Below the pieces are notes generated by a model. That model was not told where the DNA came from. It searched no databases and saw only the letters and a list, made by a program, of their open reading frames with translations. A DNA stretch of 64,000 nucleotides from a virus. Of the stretch, positions 35,383 through 45,534 are shown one piece after another. Positions within the stretch are counted from its first letter, which is position 1, and every line of letters begins with the position of its first letter. A program made the position numbers and the translations under genes. The stretch lies in the IMG/VR virus record IMGVR_UViG_3300032523_001141, positions 32,001-96,000 of that record; one strand, 5' to 3'.

Positions 35383-36390
35383 TTAATAACGCGAGCGAAT
35401 ACCTGACGAGTATGCGCCGTATTGATATAAAGAGCCCACCTCGCCGTAGCCGCCCTCGAGGTTAATAGACGCCTTTTTACCGCGCACCCATTCTCGGTAA
35501 GCCTGCCACCGAGCCTGCCCAGCGCGCTCGTAATTGGCTTCTTTATTTTGGTCGCTAATCTGCACCCCAGCCGCTGAGTAATCTAACTGATTGCGGCGGT
35601 ACTGCTCCGCCACCATAAAAAACAAATTAGCGCAAATACCTTCAAGCCAATGATATCTAAACGGAAAATTCTGCGTCGTGAACGTGCCGATTGGCGGCGG
35701 TACTTCATTCCAATACTGAACAGGCCGCTGGATAGCCAAAGCAATTTCCGCGTCGTCGAACATTAGGTTATCGAGCAGAAAACTCTCGCCGGGGGCAGAG
35801 TCGCGTAGGTGCAGCCTGATTTCAGCTATTGATGGTGGGCCGTCTGGCGTAGCGTTTCCGTGCAAACTACGCGAGATAATTAACGAGAAGATATTTGAGA
35901 AAACTACGCACGGGGATACTGCCGGGTCTTCACTTACCGTCACTAAAGCAGCTTCGGCGTAGTATATGCCCGGAAACGCCGCCAAGGCCGCTGTAAGGGC
36001 AAACTGCACCTTGCCCACCGCGGCGTCAGTTATTTGCCCGATTAACTCTGTTGGAGCCTGCTGGTTGCCCAGCGAGATCTGTTCTTTTACTCGAAGCGTA
36101 ATCGCGTACCCCGCGACCTGCGCCACCCCCGCGCTAAATCCGACGGTTGTCAGATCTACAGGGTGCCCTGCGTTATCGTGCAATTGCCAGTCAATTGTTG
36201 CGCACTGCCCCTGATTAATGCTGATAGCGCGCATTCGGGTCAAAACGGGCTGGCCGTTAACAGTCGAAACAGGCGCGCTGACGACGTTTTGTGTAACGGC
36301 GGATACCGGGGTAAGCGGCGATGGTGCCAGTTCGTTTACATTGCAGCACGGGGCAGCTGGCGCCGAGCCGGGAGTCGCAATTACGACCAT
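35383..36390 (-). CDS. Head-tail adaptor (neck) protein with an N-terminal Ig/BppU-like domain
   Basis: PVDLT...GKVQFALT...GIYYAE; EIRLHLRD...FDDAEIALAI...WNEVPP. Confidence 0.6.
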   Translation of the reverse strand: MVVIATPGSAPAAPCCNVNELAPSPLTPVSAVTQNVVSAPVSTVNGQPVLTRMRAISINQGQCATIDWQLHDNAGHPVDLTTVGFSAGVAQVAGYAITLRVKEQISLGNQQAPTELIGQITDAAVGKVQFALTAALAAFPGIYYAEAALVTVSEDPAVSPCVVFSNIFSLIISRSLHGNATPDGPPSIAEIRLHLRDSAPGESFLLDNLMFDDAEIALAIQRPVQYWNEVPPPIGTFTTQNFPFRYHWLEGICANLFFMVAEQYRRNQLDYSAAGVQISDQNKEANYERAGQARWQAYREWVRGKKASINLEGGYGEVGSLYQYGAYSSGIRSRY

Positions 36391-36406
36391 GTTTCACCTC
36401 ATTGGG

Positions 36407-36440
36407 GAAAAATAAAAGGCTGACCCGAAGGCCAGCCTTT
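36407..36440 (-). terminator. Intrinsic terminator with cUUCGg loop closing the capsid operon
   Basis: aaaggctggcc-TTCG-ggtcagccttt followed by tattttt. Confidence 0.88.
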
Positions 36441-36475
36441 GTATCTTATCACGACGAATCGCAATAATTAAATTG

Positions 36476-36799
36476 TCAATCAAAGCCCGCCGGCGATGCA
36501 GTGCCCAGCGTGTTGCTGGACAGATTGACCTCGTCGATGCTGTTGTCAGCTGTATCGGTAAGGTAAACCGCCGGAGACTTAGTGATAACCAGGTCTCCGC
36601 TATTGAGCGCCTTCTCGAGCGCCTTAAACGCCCGCTGCGAGCCTTTACCGCCGTTGCCAAGCTTAGCTACGAGATCGCCGGGCACAGTGTACGTGCCGTT
36701 GTCCGCGAGCCGCTTGCCGTGGGCGCCAAGAAAACCAAAGGTCGCTTCCGCGCCTGAGATGTTCTTAACTGTTGTGTATAAACCGGGTACAAGTGCCAT
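36476..36799 (-). CDS. Small virion (head) protein
   Basis: SD GGAG; capsid operon. Confidence 0.75.
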   Translation of the reverse strand: MALVPGLYTTVKNISGAEATFGFLGAHGKRLADNGTYTVPGDLVAKLGNGGKGSQRAFKALEKALNSGDLVITKSPAVYLTDTADNSIDEVNLSSNTLGTASPAGFD

Positions 36800-36818
36800 T
36801 GTTCACTCCGTTTGTTAG

Positions 36819-37202
36819 TTAGCCTGCGTCTTGAGCGGCAATCGCCAGCGCGGCCTGCAGACGCAACACCGCGTCAGCGATGTGCGGCTGCTGGGCCACG
36901 ACGTCGGCAGCTTGATTAAACGCCGCAACCTTTTCCGAGCCGGCCAGACCGGCAGCGACAAGAACAGCGTCGAGCTGCTCGTTGGCGCTAGCCAGTTTGG
37001 ACGTTTCGACCGCGGCGGCCTTTTGCTGCTCTGCCGTATAGAGCACGTGAAGTTTCTGGGCTGCAGCCCACATACCCGAGGCTTCACTTTCATTACGCGG
37101 ACGAATGCCGTGCGCTGAAAGCTTCTCGAAGAAGTAGGGCGCCGCCAGCTCGTTTACGAGTACCGCAACGCTCTGATCGGCGGCTTGCTTAACCTGATCC
37201 AT
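36819..37202 (-). CDS. Small head protein with K-x-A motifs
   Basis: SD AGGAG; KQAA, KAAA, KLAS, KVAA. Confidence 0.75.
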   Translation of the reverse strand: MDQVKQAADQSVAVLVNELAAPYFFEKLSAHGIRPRNESEASGMWAAAQKLHVLYTAEQQKAAAVETSKLASANEQLDAVLVAAGLAGSEKVAAFNQAADVVAQQPHIADAVLRLQAALAIAAQDAG

Positions 37203-37228
37203 GTCATGTGCTCCTTGTTACGTTGTTA

Positions 37229-38158
37229 TCACTTGAAGTCCACGCGAGCGAGACCGTTCGTATGACCGAACGAGCCGCCCTGCGTGTTGTAGGCGAAGTA
37301 CTCAAGCATGAACGCCTCACGACGGATATACATCGTGGTGGGCTCGAGCTCGTAGTTCTTGCCGATGAACTTCGGCGACGCGAACATGTACATCGTGTCC
37401 GTCGGGACAAGACCGGTCTTGATCGTGACGATCCAACGGCAGTTGAGGAAATTGGTTTCCGCCCAGCCGTTCTTGATGATGTCTTGCGAGAAGTCACCAC
37501 CCATCTCGTCGCGACCGAACTTGAGGAGCTCCTTGATCGTGAGGTTATTCACGAGGCAGGTTTCAACCTCAAAATGCGACGGCGTACGGGGCATGATCTT
37601 GAGAGCATCAACCAGCGTCTCGCGGGTGATACCACCATAGATTTCCTCGTACTGCACAGCGCCCGAAGCGAGGTTAGTCGCGCCGGGAGTGTCGCCAAGA
37701 ACGGCGTTAAGAGCAGCAATAAACTTCGAGTCTTCCTCGGCGAGCATGTCCTTGATCATGTTGTCCGACAGAACCTGTCGGATGTCCATGACGTACGTAC
37801 GCAGCTCGTCGACGTCCTTAACAGCGCGGGGCGACACGATCCGGTCAAACATGACGCGGTAGCGAGGGCCACGGATGTAAAAGTTAATCGGGAGCGTCGC
37901 GAACGGAAGCGACACAGCCGCCGGGGAATCGGGCTCCTTGTCCACAACCTTAACGGGCTTGTCAGTATCAACCTGACGGTCGAGCTCGTCGTTGGTGATG
38001 GTCAGCGGCGGCATAATCCGCCGGTAGAACCCGTCTTCACGCATCTTGGTGCGCGTGAAGTCGTTAACCGCATCAATGGCCTGCTTTTGCATGCCGGGGG
38101 TGTCGAGCTGCTCAAAGAGAGTCTCGTTAAGCAGCTGGATTTCTTGCTGAGTGGGCAT
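37229..38158 (-). CDS. Major capsid protein (HK97 / encapsulin-like fold)
   Basis: FDRIVSP...DELRTYVMDIRQVLSDNMIKDMLAEEDSKFI; strong SD GGAGG; biased codons; follows protease, scaffold and decoration genes. Confidence 0.82.
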   Translation of the reverse strand: MPTQQEIQLLNETLFEQLDTPGMQKQAIDAVNDFTRTKMREDGFYRRIMPPLTITNDELDRQVDTDKPVKVVDKEPDSPAAVSLPFATLPINFYIRGPRYRVMFDRIVSPRAVKDVDELRTYVMDIRQVLSDNMIKDMLAEEDSKFIAALNAVLGDTPGATNLASGAVQYEEIYGGITRETLVDALKIMPRTPSHFEVETCLVNNLTIKELLKFGRDEMGGDFSQDIIKNGWAETNFLNCRWIVTIKTGLVPTDTMYMFASPKFIGKNYELEPTTMYIRREAFMLEYFAYNTQGGSFGHTNGLARVDFK

Positions 38159-38197
38159 TGTTGGAACCTCCGTGTTCCGGTGAAGTTAAAAGGTTAA

Positions 38198-38758
38198 TTA
38201 TTCCGCAGTGCCGGGGAGATAAGCGCTCCAAAAGGAGAGAGTATCAACGCCGTTGTGGTTGACATGCTTGCCGCTCGATACGACGCCGACGACCGGCGTG
38301 ACGTATACAGTGACAGCAGCGTTCGTAAGAACACCGGCTGTAGCAGCAGAGCCAGAAGAGGTGCCAGTCGGGGCCGTCAGCAGATCGCCGGGGGCGTACG
38401 ACAGATTGGCGTTGAACTCAGTCGAGTCAATTTCGTAACCGCCAGTCGCAACTACGCCAGACAACTTACCAGACGGCGAGATTGCCTGATGCATAAACCG
38501 ACCAGACGCAGTTGTGCCCGGGTTGGACACATCGGCATCGGACGAGCCATTCAGCAGGAAGATTGCAACGTCGGTGTTGCGTACGCCGGGCAGAAAAACT
38601 TCTGCGCCGCCGACAACCTCGAGATGCACAACTCGGCCGCGGGGGACTACGAAGCTGACAGTACCCAGCTTAGCCGAGTAGTCGAGCGACGCCATGTCGA
38701 ACCAGCCCTTTTTGATATCAAGGCCATGTTCGAAAGGAAGATCAGGAGAAACAGCCAT
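38198..38758 (-). CDS. Capsid decoration / cement protein
   Basis: GGYEIDSTEF...YAPGDLLTA...GVLT...VVGVVS; directly upstream of the MCP; SD GGAGG. Confidence 0.65.
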   Translation of the reverse strand: MAVSPDLPFEHGLDIKKGWFDMASLDYSAKLGTVSFVVPRGRVVHLEVVGGAEVFLPGVRNTDVAIFLLNGSSDADVSNPGTTASGRFMHQAISPSGKLSGVVATGGYEIDSTEFNANLSYAPGDLLTAPTGTSSGSAATAGVLTNAAVTVYVTPVVGVVSSGKHVNHNGVDTLSFWSAYLPGTAE

Positions 38759-38804
38759 TGTAAGACCTCCGTGTCTTATTGGTGGTGAAGTAACGTATTA
38801 GAAA

Positions 38805-39227
38805 TCAACTCGTGGGCGGATTAAGACCAAGACCTGTGAACAACTTAATGTCACTTGCCCTGAGCTTGCCGTCACGAGCTCCCACGTACGAGCTTGTGAC
38901 GCTAGTATTCGGATCGTACCCGGCCGACTTCTGCGTTACCGGCGCACCAATGCGAGCCATTTCGGCGGCATTCTTGTGCGACGCTAACTTAATGACCAGT
39001 TCCATAGCGCGAACTGGATCTTGCAGAGCAGCGGCCAGCGCTTCCTTCTGGTGCGATTCGATGCGCTCGTTTTCAGTGCACGCCTTCACAGCCTCGGGAA
39101 TTAACTGAGCAATTTTCTCTTGCTGCGCGTCGCGACTAGCGAGCACCGACGCAGCCTTGCTCATCGCGACATCGGAAAAACCGATGTAGTCGATGACTTT
39201 TTGAACTAACTGATTCGTATCAGGCAT
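38805..39227 (-). CDS. Head assembly protein with K-x-A motifs
   Basis: SD GGAGG; KAAS, KIAQ, KLAS, KSAG. Confidence 0.7.
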   Translation of the reverse strand: MPDTNQLVQKVIDYIGFSDVAMSKAASVLASRDAQQEKIAQLIPEAVKACTENERIESHQKEALAAALQDPVRAMELVIKLASHKNAAEMARIGAPVTQKSAGYDPNTSVTSSYVGARDGKLRASDIKLFTGLGLNPPTS

Positions 39228-39245
39228 GGAAACCTCCGTTTAAGT

Positions 39246-40526
39246 TCAGCGACCAACGAGTTCGCGCACATGATCTTTCATGATGTCTCGCAGATGGCGC
39301 GACCGCTTGGTGCGAGCCTCTTTGACTTGAAAATTACCGGAACTCTGAAAATTAATAACAGCGTTACCGATCATTTGTAGCTCCCGAGCAGCCGCCATTT
39401 TCGGAGCCATCTCGGGCGCCATTTCAGGGGCCATCTCAGGAGCCATCTCCGGGGCCATCGCCCCTTCGCCACCGCCCTCGGCGGCAAGACTCTGAAGCAG
39501 CGCTTCAGGCGGAATGCCAAGTTCTTGTAATGCCATCGCCAACTCTTGCAGCGCCTCGTCTTCAGACGGCGGAGCCTGCTCAAGTCCGGGCTCGCCGCCC
39601 GGTGCCGCGCCGCCCATCATTTCTTCAACGCTAACAGCTGGCGCTTCTTCGCCGCCTTCAGCTTCGCCCTCTTCGGCGTGATCTTCGCCTTCTTCAGCGG
39701 CGTCGTCGTCAGCTTGCTTCGCTGTGTAGAACCCAACGAACAGGTCAGCCATCTCGTCAGCTTCGCGCAGGGTGTTCGCGCATACGTCGCGGACACTGGC
39801 CTCGGCCGCAGCCTTATCCAGACCAAGCGCAGCGGCTAACTCGTAGCCAGCCGAAAAAGCGGCAGCCTTGTCGTTATTACGCAGCGCGGCAAAGTCGGAA
39901 GCCTCAAGCTTGCCGTCACGGGGGTCGACGTCGAGCTTGTGTTGGTTGCCCTTTAAATTGCCGCTATTGTCTTTTTTTTCTGTCACCGCTTCGGCAACGT
40001 CTTTTTCAGCCTTTTTAAAAGTAGCTGTTCCGAAGTTGACGAGGTCAGCCAGAATCTCGTTACCAAGATTGCTGCACTTGGTGTGAGCTTGTTTGAACGA
40101 TACGTGGCTGTACTTCTCGCCGTCGTTGGTCTTGGCGGGATGCGAGGTGCCTGGGTCGTCTTTCGTACCCTTGTAATCTTTTTCAGCGGACGGATCTTCG
40201 CCTGTCGCAGCGGCGTTGGTGTTGATGTTTAATTGAACATCGTCCTGACGACCTTCTTGCGACATCTCAGGTGTGTTATCAACAGCGAGGGCACCCTGCT
40301 GTTTCTTAACATCAGCCTCGTACTCAGACGCACGAGCGCCAGTCGTTGCCTTCTGCACATCGTTATCGACGTGCGCGCTGGGGTGCGTCGACGCGCCCTG
40401 ATACCCACCCGGGTCAGCGGGAACCGGCGAGGCCTGCTTAGCAGCCGCGACCTTTTCCGCGTTCTGAGAAATTTCTTCAGCCAGCGCGTTCAGTTGCGCG
40501 AAGAGCGAACGTTGCATCCGTGCCAT
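39246..40526 (-). CDS. Scaffold / prohead core protein (start likely MARMQ)
   Basis: Acidic, low complexity, APEM repeats, many K-x-A; SD AGGAG before ATG 40526; between protease and MCP. Confidence 0.7.
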   Translation of the reverse strand: MARMQRSLFAQLNALAEEISQNAEKVAAAKQASPVPADPGGYQGASTHPSAHVDNDVQKATTGARASEYEADVKKQQGALAVDNTPEMSQEGRQDDVQLNINTNAAATGEDPSAEKDYKGTKDDPGTSHPAKTNDGEKYSHVSFKQAHTKCSNLGNEILADLVNFGTATFKKAEKDVAEAVTEKKDNSGNLKGNQHKLDVDPRDGKLEASDFAALRNNDKAAAFSAGYELAAALGLDKAAAEASVRDVCANTLREADEMADLFVGFYTAKQADDDAAEEGEDHAEEGEAEGGEEAPAVSVEEMMGGAAPGGEPGLEQAPPSEDEALQELAMALQELGIPPEALLQSLAAEGGGEGAMAPEMAPEMAPEMAPEMAPKMAAARELQMIGNAVINFQSSGNFQVKEARTKRSRHLRDIMKDHVRELVGR

Positions 40527-40568
40527 AGTTGTCTCCTTTGTACACCGCACATTTTATGTCGGCGTTTG

Positions 40569-42044
40569 TTACATCACATAATTCTGCATAACACAATGCT
40601 GTGCTGTCAACCCATCAGCATCATATTTTTTCATGATTTCCGAGAACGCAGCAATTTTATACAGAGCGTAATGACGCGCAAGGGCTTTCACTGCCGCACT
40701 GCTTGTTTCTGCTTTCTTAGTCATCGATTGAAAATTTGTTTCGTTAATAGCCGCCGGCGTTGCATTACGAATCACAGCCAGATAAGCGCGCTTTTCAACG
40801 GCTTTCGGCAACATGCTTCGCGTAGCTGCAACCCGTTCTGCCCAACTGTGAAGTCGGGCATTTGCTGCATATGCTGGATTATAAGCATTTTGCTCCAAAC
40901 TTGAAACAATATCTTGCTCAGCAGCCAACTTTGAAAATATGCCGGGCAGGGCGTCGGTCACGGACGTAACCAATTCTTGTCCAGCGGCCTTAACAGTGAG
41001 GTTTAAAAAGTCCTTAACAGGCAGGATAACGCCCGCATCAGCAAGCGCGCGAAAAGCTTCAGCCAGTTTTACGTTGGCTAGTTCCGCGATATTAATTGTT
41101 TCCTGTACAGCCGGCGATTCGGCCAATACTGTCTTAGCCCAATTGCGGCCAAAGTCAGGGGCAGACTCGGCAGAGGCTAGCTTTTCTAGGGCAATAAGTT
41201 GCCCACGGGTATGCGCTGAAACGCCGTCTAAGTCTAAAAACATAGGGGCGGTAACGCCAAGCTGCTCTGCCAACTCAGCGCCGGAAATTACGCCGGCGGA
41301 CGCTGCTTTGAGGCGCCCCGAAATATAGGCAATACGATCGGCTGGGCGGTAAACATGAGAAATGTCAAAGAATCGAGGTTGGGTATTATCGGCGAATAAA
41401 ATACTGCCGTCATACGCGCACTTGCCCATGTTGTGTTTTAAACCGCCGGCCTTGCAGTGCCCGCCGTTTTCAATTGAGTCGCAGTACTCCGCGCGGGTGC
41501 GGGCTTTGTTGCCACAATGGCTGCAAACGTCAAACGGAATGGTGCACGCCATAGACACGCCGATATCGTCGCCGTTGGCCAGCTTCTCGAGTTCTTTATC
41601 GGCTAATAACCCGCCGTTGTGGTCAGCCGCTTCTTTTGTCGCGTTGAGCACGCAGACAAGTTCAATGCGCCTCATGGGATCGTGGTACGCCGAGGCCTTT
41701 ACGATTCCGTAGCTTTTAGCCGGATTTTTGTTGATATGGTCGCGGTAAAATCTTGCATGCTTAACAAACGTATCGTGATATTTTTCGCAGCATGCGCGTT
41801 TGAAACCGTCACCGTTACGATTGGGGCCGTAATCTTCAGTGGCGCCAATTGCAATTAAGTGCACAGGAACTTCATCTTTTGCGAATTTAATGTGCTGCAT
41901 TTTGTGCACAAATTCTGCGCCAGCCCGCTTTACAAGGTCAAGCTTATCGGCGCCAATAATCCCGCGGCTAGAAATTTTGATAAGCGACGCAACCGGTTCG
42001 CTGAAGTCTTGCGAATTTGGCTGGATAACCTTGATCATGCTCAT
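40569..42044 (-). CDS. Prohead (capsid maturation) serine protease (start likely MSMIKVI)
   Basis: GPNRNGDGF, FYRDHINK (His), VSMAC (Ser) followed by a CSHCGN...C Zn knuckle, FFDISHV..PAD; K-x-A-rich C-terminus. Confidence 0.78.
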   Translation of the reverse strand: MSMIKVIQPNSQDFSEPVASLIKISSRGIIGADKLDLVKRAGAEFVHKMQHIKFAKDEVPVHLIAIGATEDYGPNRNGDGFKRACCEKYHDTFVKHARFYRDHINKNPAKSYGIVKASAYHDPMRRIELVCVLNATKEAADHNGGLLADKELEKLANGDDIGVSMACTIPFDVCSHCGNKARTRAEYCDSIENGGHCKAGGLKHNMGKCAYDGSILFADNTQPRFFDISHVYRPADRIAYISGRLKAASAGVISGAELAEQLGVTAPMFLDLDGVSAHTRGQLIALEKLASAESAPDFGRNWAKTVLAESPAVQETINIAELANVKLAEAFRALADAGVILPVKDFLNLTVKAAGQELVTSVTDALPGIFSKLAAEQDIVSSLEQNAYNPAYAANARLHSWAERVAATRSMLPKAVEKRAYLAVIRNATPAAINETNFQSMTKKAETSSAAVKALARHYALYKIAAFSEIMKKYDADGLTAQHCVMQNYVM

Positions 42045-42045
42045 G

Positions 42046-43218
42046 TTATTTTTCCTGCTTTGTTGTTGCGGGAACATTGTTAAACGCGCGGTCTGTCGCG
42101 TTGCCGAGAATCCGCCCAAGAAGATTAGTGATCGCGCTCGCGCCGACGGCGCCCAAGCCGCCGCCACCGACACGCGCAATGCGCCGCCCGGTAGTGCCCT
42201 TTAAATGCGGCTTAACATCTGTTAGTGTTCGCCCGCTGGGTACGCCTTTGTTGTTTCTAATCATCTCATCAAGAATCGCTGCGCGGCGGGCTTGCTCAGC
42301 CGGTGTTCCGCCCGGACTTTGCGTCCGCACAATAGCTTCAGCATCTTGCAATTTTCCAGCTAAGCCTGCGCGCGCGGCTTGAAATTGTTTAAGTTGTGTA
42401 TTGTACGCTGCTGCGTCGCCCCGCCACGCTTTGACCTCGTTATTGTATGCCGCTACGGCGTTGTTGTAATCAGTCATTGCCGTTACACTGCTCGGGTGGC
42501 CGTAGATGAAGCCGGGGAGCGTTTCGGGGCTGCGCGGCATAACCGGTGCCGGTCTAAGTCTAGGCGGTACTGCCGGCAGAGCGTCTAAACTAGCCGCGAT
42601 GGGCTGGTTGCGCTGGTTATGCGCCTCAAAAATTTTCTTTAAAACCCCGTATTCGTTTTTTGCTGCCGGACCTGTTTTACCTTTCGTGGCCTTACCGGCC
42701 GCGTCAGCGAGGCGAGCAAGAGAGCCGTGATCCGGCTTAGTGCCGGTTACTCTGTCGTAAAGCCAGCCGCCGGATCGGGCGCCGCCAACACCGCCGGCTA
42801 CGCCGCCCGCGAGCACGGCCGCACCGCCAAGCGGAGTCGAGTTCGGCCCGCCATAAACGCTCCCCGGCGGTTCTTTTTTACCGGCCGTGTCGGCTGCCGG
42901 GGCCGCAGCAGGGTCGGCCTTTGCCGAAAGCATTTCTTTGACTACCGGCGTCAATGCCGCGCCAGCAAATCCACCTAGTCCGCCCGTCAGCGCGCCGTAT
43001 AGCGCATTACGCTGTTTCTGCTTTTCTTTGCCCGATGTCCCGAAATAACCGCTAGCGCCGCCGATTCCCGCGCCAATAAGTGGCATGTACATTAACGAAC
43101 TAATAGCTGATTTAATTAGTCCACTTTCAGCGGCTTCTTTTTGCAAGCCGGCGCTATTGCCGGTAGTCGCATAAACACCGAGAAGGCTAGCAAATTTTTC
43201 AGTTGTCTGCTCGTTCAT
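42046..43218 (-). CDS. Putative internal head / ejection protein with glycine-zipper hydrophobic helices
   Basis: LIGAGIGGASGYFG, GALTGGLGGFAGAAL, GGVAGGVGG; N-terminal KEAA; no Cys. Confidence 0.6.
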   Translation of the reverse strand: MNEQTTEKFASLLGVYATTGNSAGLQKEAAESGLIKSAISSLMYMPLIGAGIGGASGYFGTSGKEKQKQRNALYGALTGGLGGFAGAALTPVVKEMLSAKADPAAAPAADTAGKKEPPGSVYGGPNSTPLGGAAVLAGGVAGGVGGARSGGWLYDRVTGTKPDHGSLARLADAAGKATKGKTGPAAKNEYGVLKKIFEAHNQRNQPIAASLDALPAVPPRLRPAPVMPRSPETLPGFIYGHPSSVTAMTDYNNAVAAYNNEVKAWRGDAAAYNTQLKQFQAARAGLAGKLQDAEAIVRTQSPGGTPAEQARRAAILDEMIRNNKGVPSGRTLTDVKPHLKGTTGRRIARVGGGGLGAVGASAITNLLGRILGNATDRAFNNVPATTKQEK

Positions 43219-43225
43219 AACGTCC

Positions 43226-44560
43226 TCAAACTAAACCGCGTTGTTTATCTTGTACGTCAATGAGGTTACGCGTCCGCTCGGCCTTAATTTTTTCAAGCTC
43301 TAACAGTTGCTTTATGTCAAAATCAGCAAGCTGCCCGGCCTCGAGTCGTTTTCGCAAAAGAGCCTGCACGGTTGCGGACGAATCCATGAAACTAGGAGCG
43401 ACCTCAGCCAATTCATTAAACGCATTTGCAACCTCCCTAGGGTCGTGGCCTGAAATAACAGGATCGTTAGTTACCAAATCAGCCAGCACGCCCTGCGCCC
43501 GAATATTGCGCAGCTTCCGGTCATGGTCTGGATCTGTGATGTCTTTAAATGCCTCATTGCGCATTTCATCTGGTGATTTAATGTAGCTGTTAGCGCCCTG
43601 CCACATCGTCTCACCCAGTGCACGCGTTGCCGAAACCGGGCCGGTCGGGTATCCCGACAACGCGTCAGCTTTTTTTAGTTCGACTGGTTCCTCGGCGGGG
43701 TTTCGCAGAATCGAACCTGTTGTAACAACTATTTCCGCTTTCTTCTCTTTAGGCGGCGGGCTGGCAGCGTTAAATTTGCCCTGATACTCCTTGTATGCAG
43801 CCAGTTTTTCAAGAACTGTCTGCACAGTGGTGTACGGGCCGTTGTCGCCGAAGTGGTGTTTGCCGGTGGCGGCTTGTTTATTCAGCCATGGGTAAACTTC
43901 CGCAAGCTTTTTGAGCACTGATACGCCTTCGTCGCCAAGTCGCAGCTCAGTCTCCCGAACAGCGTCGCCAAAACTCATATTGCCCGGCGACCGAAAATAC
44001 GTCGTAAGCTCGTCCATCGCGACCGCGGCTTTGCTGTACGCCACGGTAGCAACACGGCGAATTTCTTCTGTCGCACGCTTTTCTGCTACCTTGCGGCTTT
44101 GCTCGCGCATGACCGCAGCGTGCTCGTCTCTCGGTGGCGGCGTAAACGTCTTTTCCGGAAGCGGCAGAAGCGCAGCAGCCGCTTTTTCCATAGTCGCTTT
44201 TCGGCGGGCTAAAAACCCGGACGGCGACACCGCGTACTCAGTTGAGATAGCCGTGTCCCGAATAATCTCGCCCGAGGTTTTTACGGCTTTCGGATAAAGC
44301 GCGTCAATAATTGTGTCTACATCGGCAAGCTTGAAGTCAGCTGATTTTTCACTAACTGTTTCACCGAGCTCGCGTTGTTTAGTGGTGCGGCCTGTGTTGT
44401 AGGCATGCACCATAAGGTTTACGTAATTAGCGGGAAAATTCTCCGCTGCCGCGACTTTTATAATCGCGTCGTTAGGTTCCGCGCCGTCATTCACGAGCGC
44501 GGCGGCCTTTTCAATAGCCGAGAGCAGTTTTGTCTCGGCGTCTTTGCTTAAAGGACGCAT
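43226..44560 (-). CDS. Putative internal head protein, K-x-A rich
   Basis: About a dozen K-x-A/S motifs; no Cys. Confidence 0.65.
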   Translation of the reverse strand: MRPLSKDAETKLLSAIEKAAALVNDGAEPNDAIIKVAAAENFPANYVNLMVHAYNTGRTTKQRELGETVSEKSADFKLADVDTIIDALYPKAVKTSGEIIRDTAISTEYAVSPSGFLARRKATMEKAAAALLPLPEKTFTPPPRDEHAAVMREQSRKVAEKRATEEIRRVATVAYSKAAVAMDELTTYFRSPGNMSFGDAVRETELRLGDEGVSVLKKLAEVYPWLNKQAATGKHHFGDNGPYTTVQTVLEKLAAYKEYQGKFNAASPPPKEKKAEIVVTTGSILRNPAEEPVELKKADALSGYPTGPVSATRALGETMWQGANSYIKSPDEMRNEAFKDITDPDHDRKLRNIRAQGVLADLVTNDPVISGHDPREVANAFNELAEVAPSFMDSSATVQALLRKRLEAGQLADFDIKQLLELEKIKAERTRNLIDVQDKQRGLV

Positions 44561-44563
44561 TCG

Positions 44564-45493
44564 TTATTCTCCCGGGAACTTTAAGTTCTCAAGCATCTTT
44601 TGATTTTCGAGCTTGCCGCCAGCCGCCACAATCATTAATTCGTCACTGCGCAATTCTGCGGCGTTATTATCAAATGGTACCATTTTATCCCCCTCGGAAT
44701 CCAGCTTTGTCCCAATTTTGAACGGCAGATGACTAAGCATAGCGCCAATATTTTGAACAATACTAATTTGAGACTTTTCGGTGTTTTCCGTGGTCCGCTC
44801 AATTTCAACGTACTTAACGTACGACTCGAGGAGCGGAAGCTGGGTGTGTGTGTTAATTGGAACCGTAAGCGCGGCAACGGCGGCTTTATGTCGCATAGAA
44901 TTAATGGCCGAGGTCTGGAAAAACTCAGAAACCTCGTTGGCATTTTGCGGCTTATGGATATTTGTGAACTTACCGATAAGCGCGTCGAGAACGTAAACAC
45001 CGCCTTGGTAGCCAAACATTTTCCACAGCAGGTCGTATTGGCGCTCGGTCAGCCCGCGGGAAACGGCGTCTGCCATTACAACGTTTACGATATAATTGCC
45101 ATTATGCAGCTTTCCGCGCACATCAAAAAACACGGCAGCGTATGCGGCAATTACGTCCGGCTCGCAACCCACTTTTTCGGCAATTTCCTCGTCAGACGCG
45201 CCGGCCAGAATGTAAGCCTCGATAGCCCAACGTGTCGGGGCCTTTTCTTCTGCCCAAACTGAATGCGCCCAGAATAACCCACGGTCTAAACGCACTAAGG
45301 CGTATACAGCGTGTGGTTTATTTGCAGCCATAGCGTGACGACGCTTTAGCCGCACAATGCGCCGAATCCACTCAAAACCATCGGAGCCGTCAACGGCTTT
45401 GGACGGCTTTGGGCCACCAGCGTCAATTTGCACAGCCCGCAGCCAACGCCAGTTCGGCGCGCGTAGGGGATTGTCGCGTAAGGCGGTCAGCAT
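44564..45493 (-). CDS. Hypothetical protein with an HTH-like segment
   Basis: ILAGASDEEIAEKVGCEPDVIAAY; start probably MLTAL. Confidence 0.6.
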   Translation of the reverse strand: MLTALRDNPLRAPNWRWLRAVQIDAGGPKPSKAVDGSDGFEWIRRIVRLKRRHAMAANKPHAVYALVRLDRGLFWAHSVWAEEKAPTRWAIEAYILAGASDEEIAEKVGCEPDVIAAYAAVFFDVRGKLHNGNYIVNVVMADAVSRGLTERQYDLLWKMFGYQGGVYVLDALIGKFTNIHKPQNANEVSEFFQTSAINSMRHKAAVAALTVPINTHTQLPLLESYVKYVEIERTTENTEKSQISIVQNIGAMLSHLPFKIGTKLDSEGDKMVPFDNNAAELRSDELMIVAAGGKLENQKMLENLKFPGE

Positions 45494-45534
45494 GTAAAAC
45501 TTTCTTAGCCGTATTGGTCGCAATTACCAGGCTA

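Noticed and set aside
37229-38158. Encapsulin nanocompartment operon
   Set aside because: Context is protease, scaffold, decoration and neck genes, with no cargo enzyme
37208-38197. Plus-strand 329-aa ORF, and the many other plus-strand ORFs
   Set aside because: Antisense to convincing minus-strand genes; explained by codon bias; no recognisable motifs
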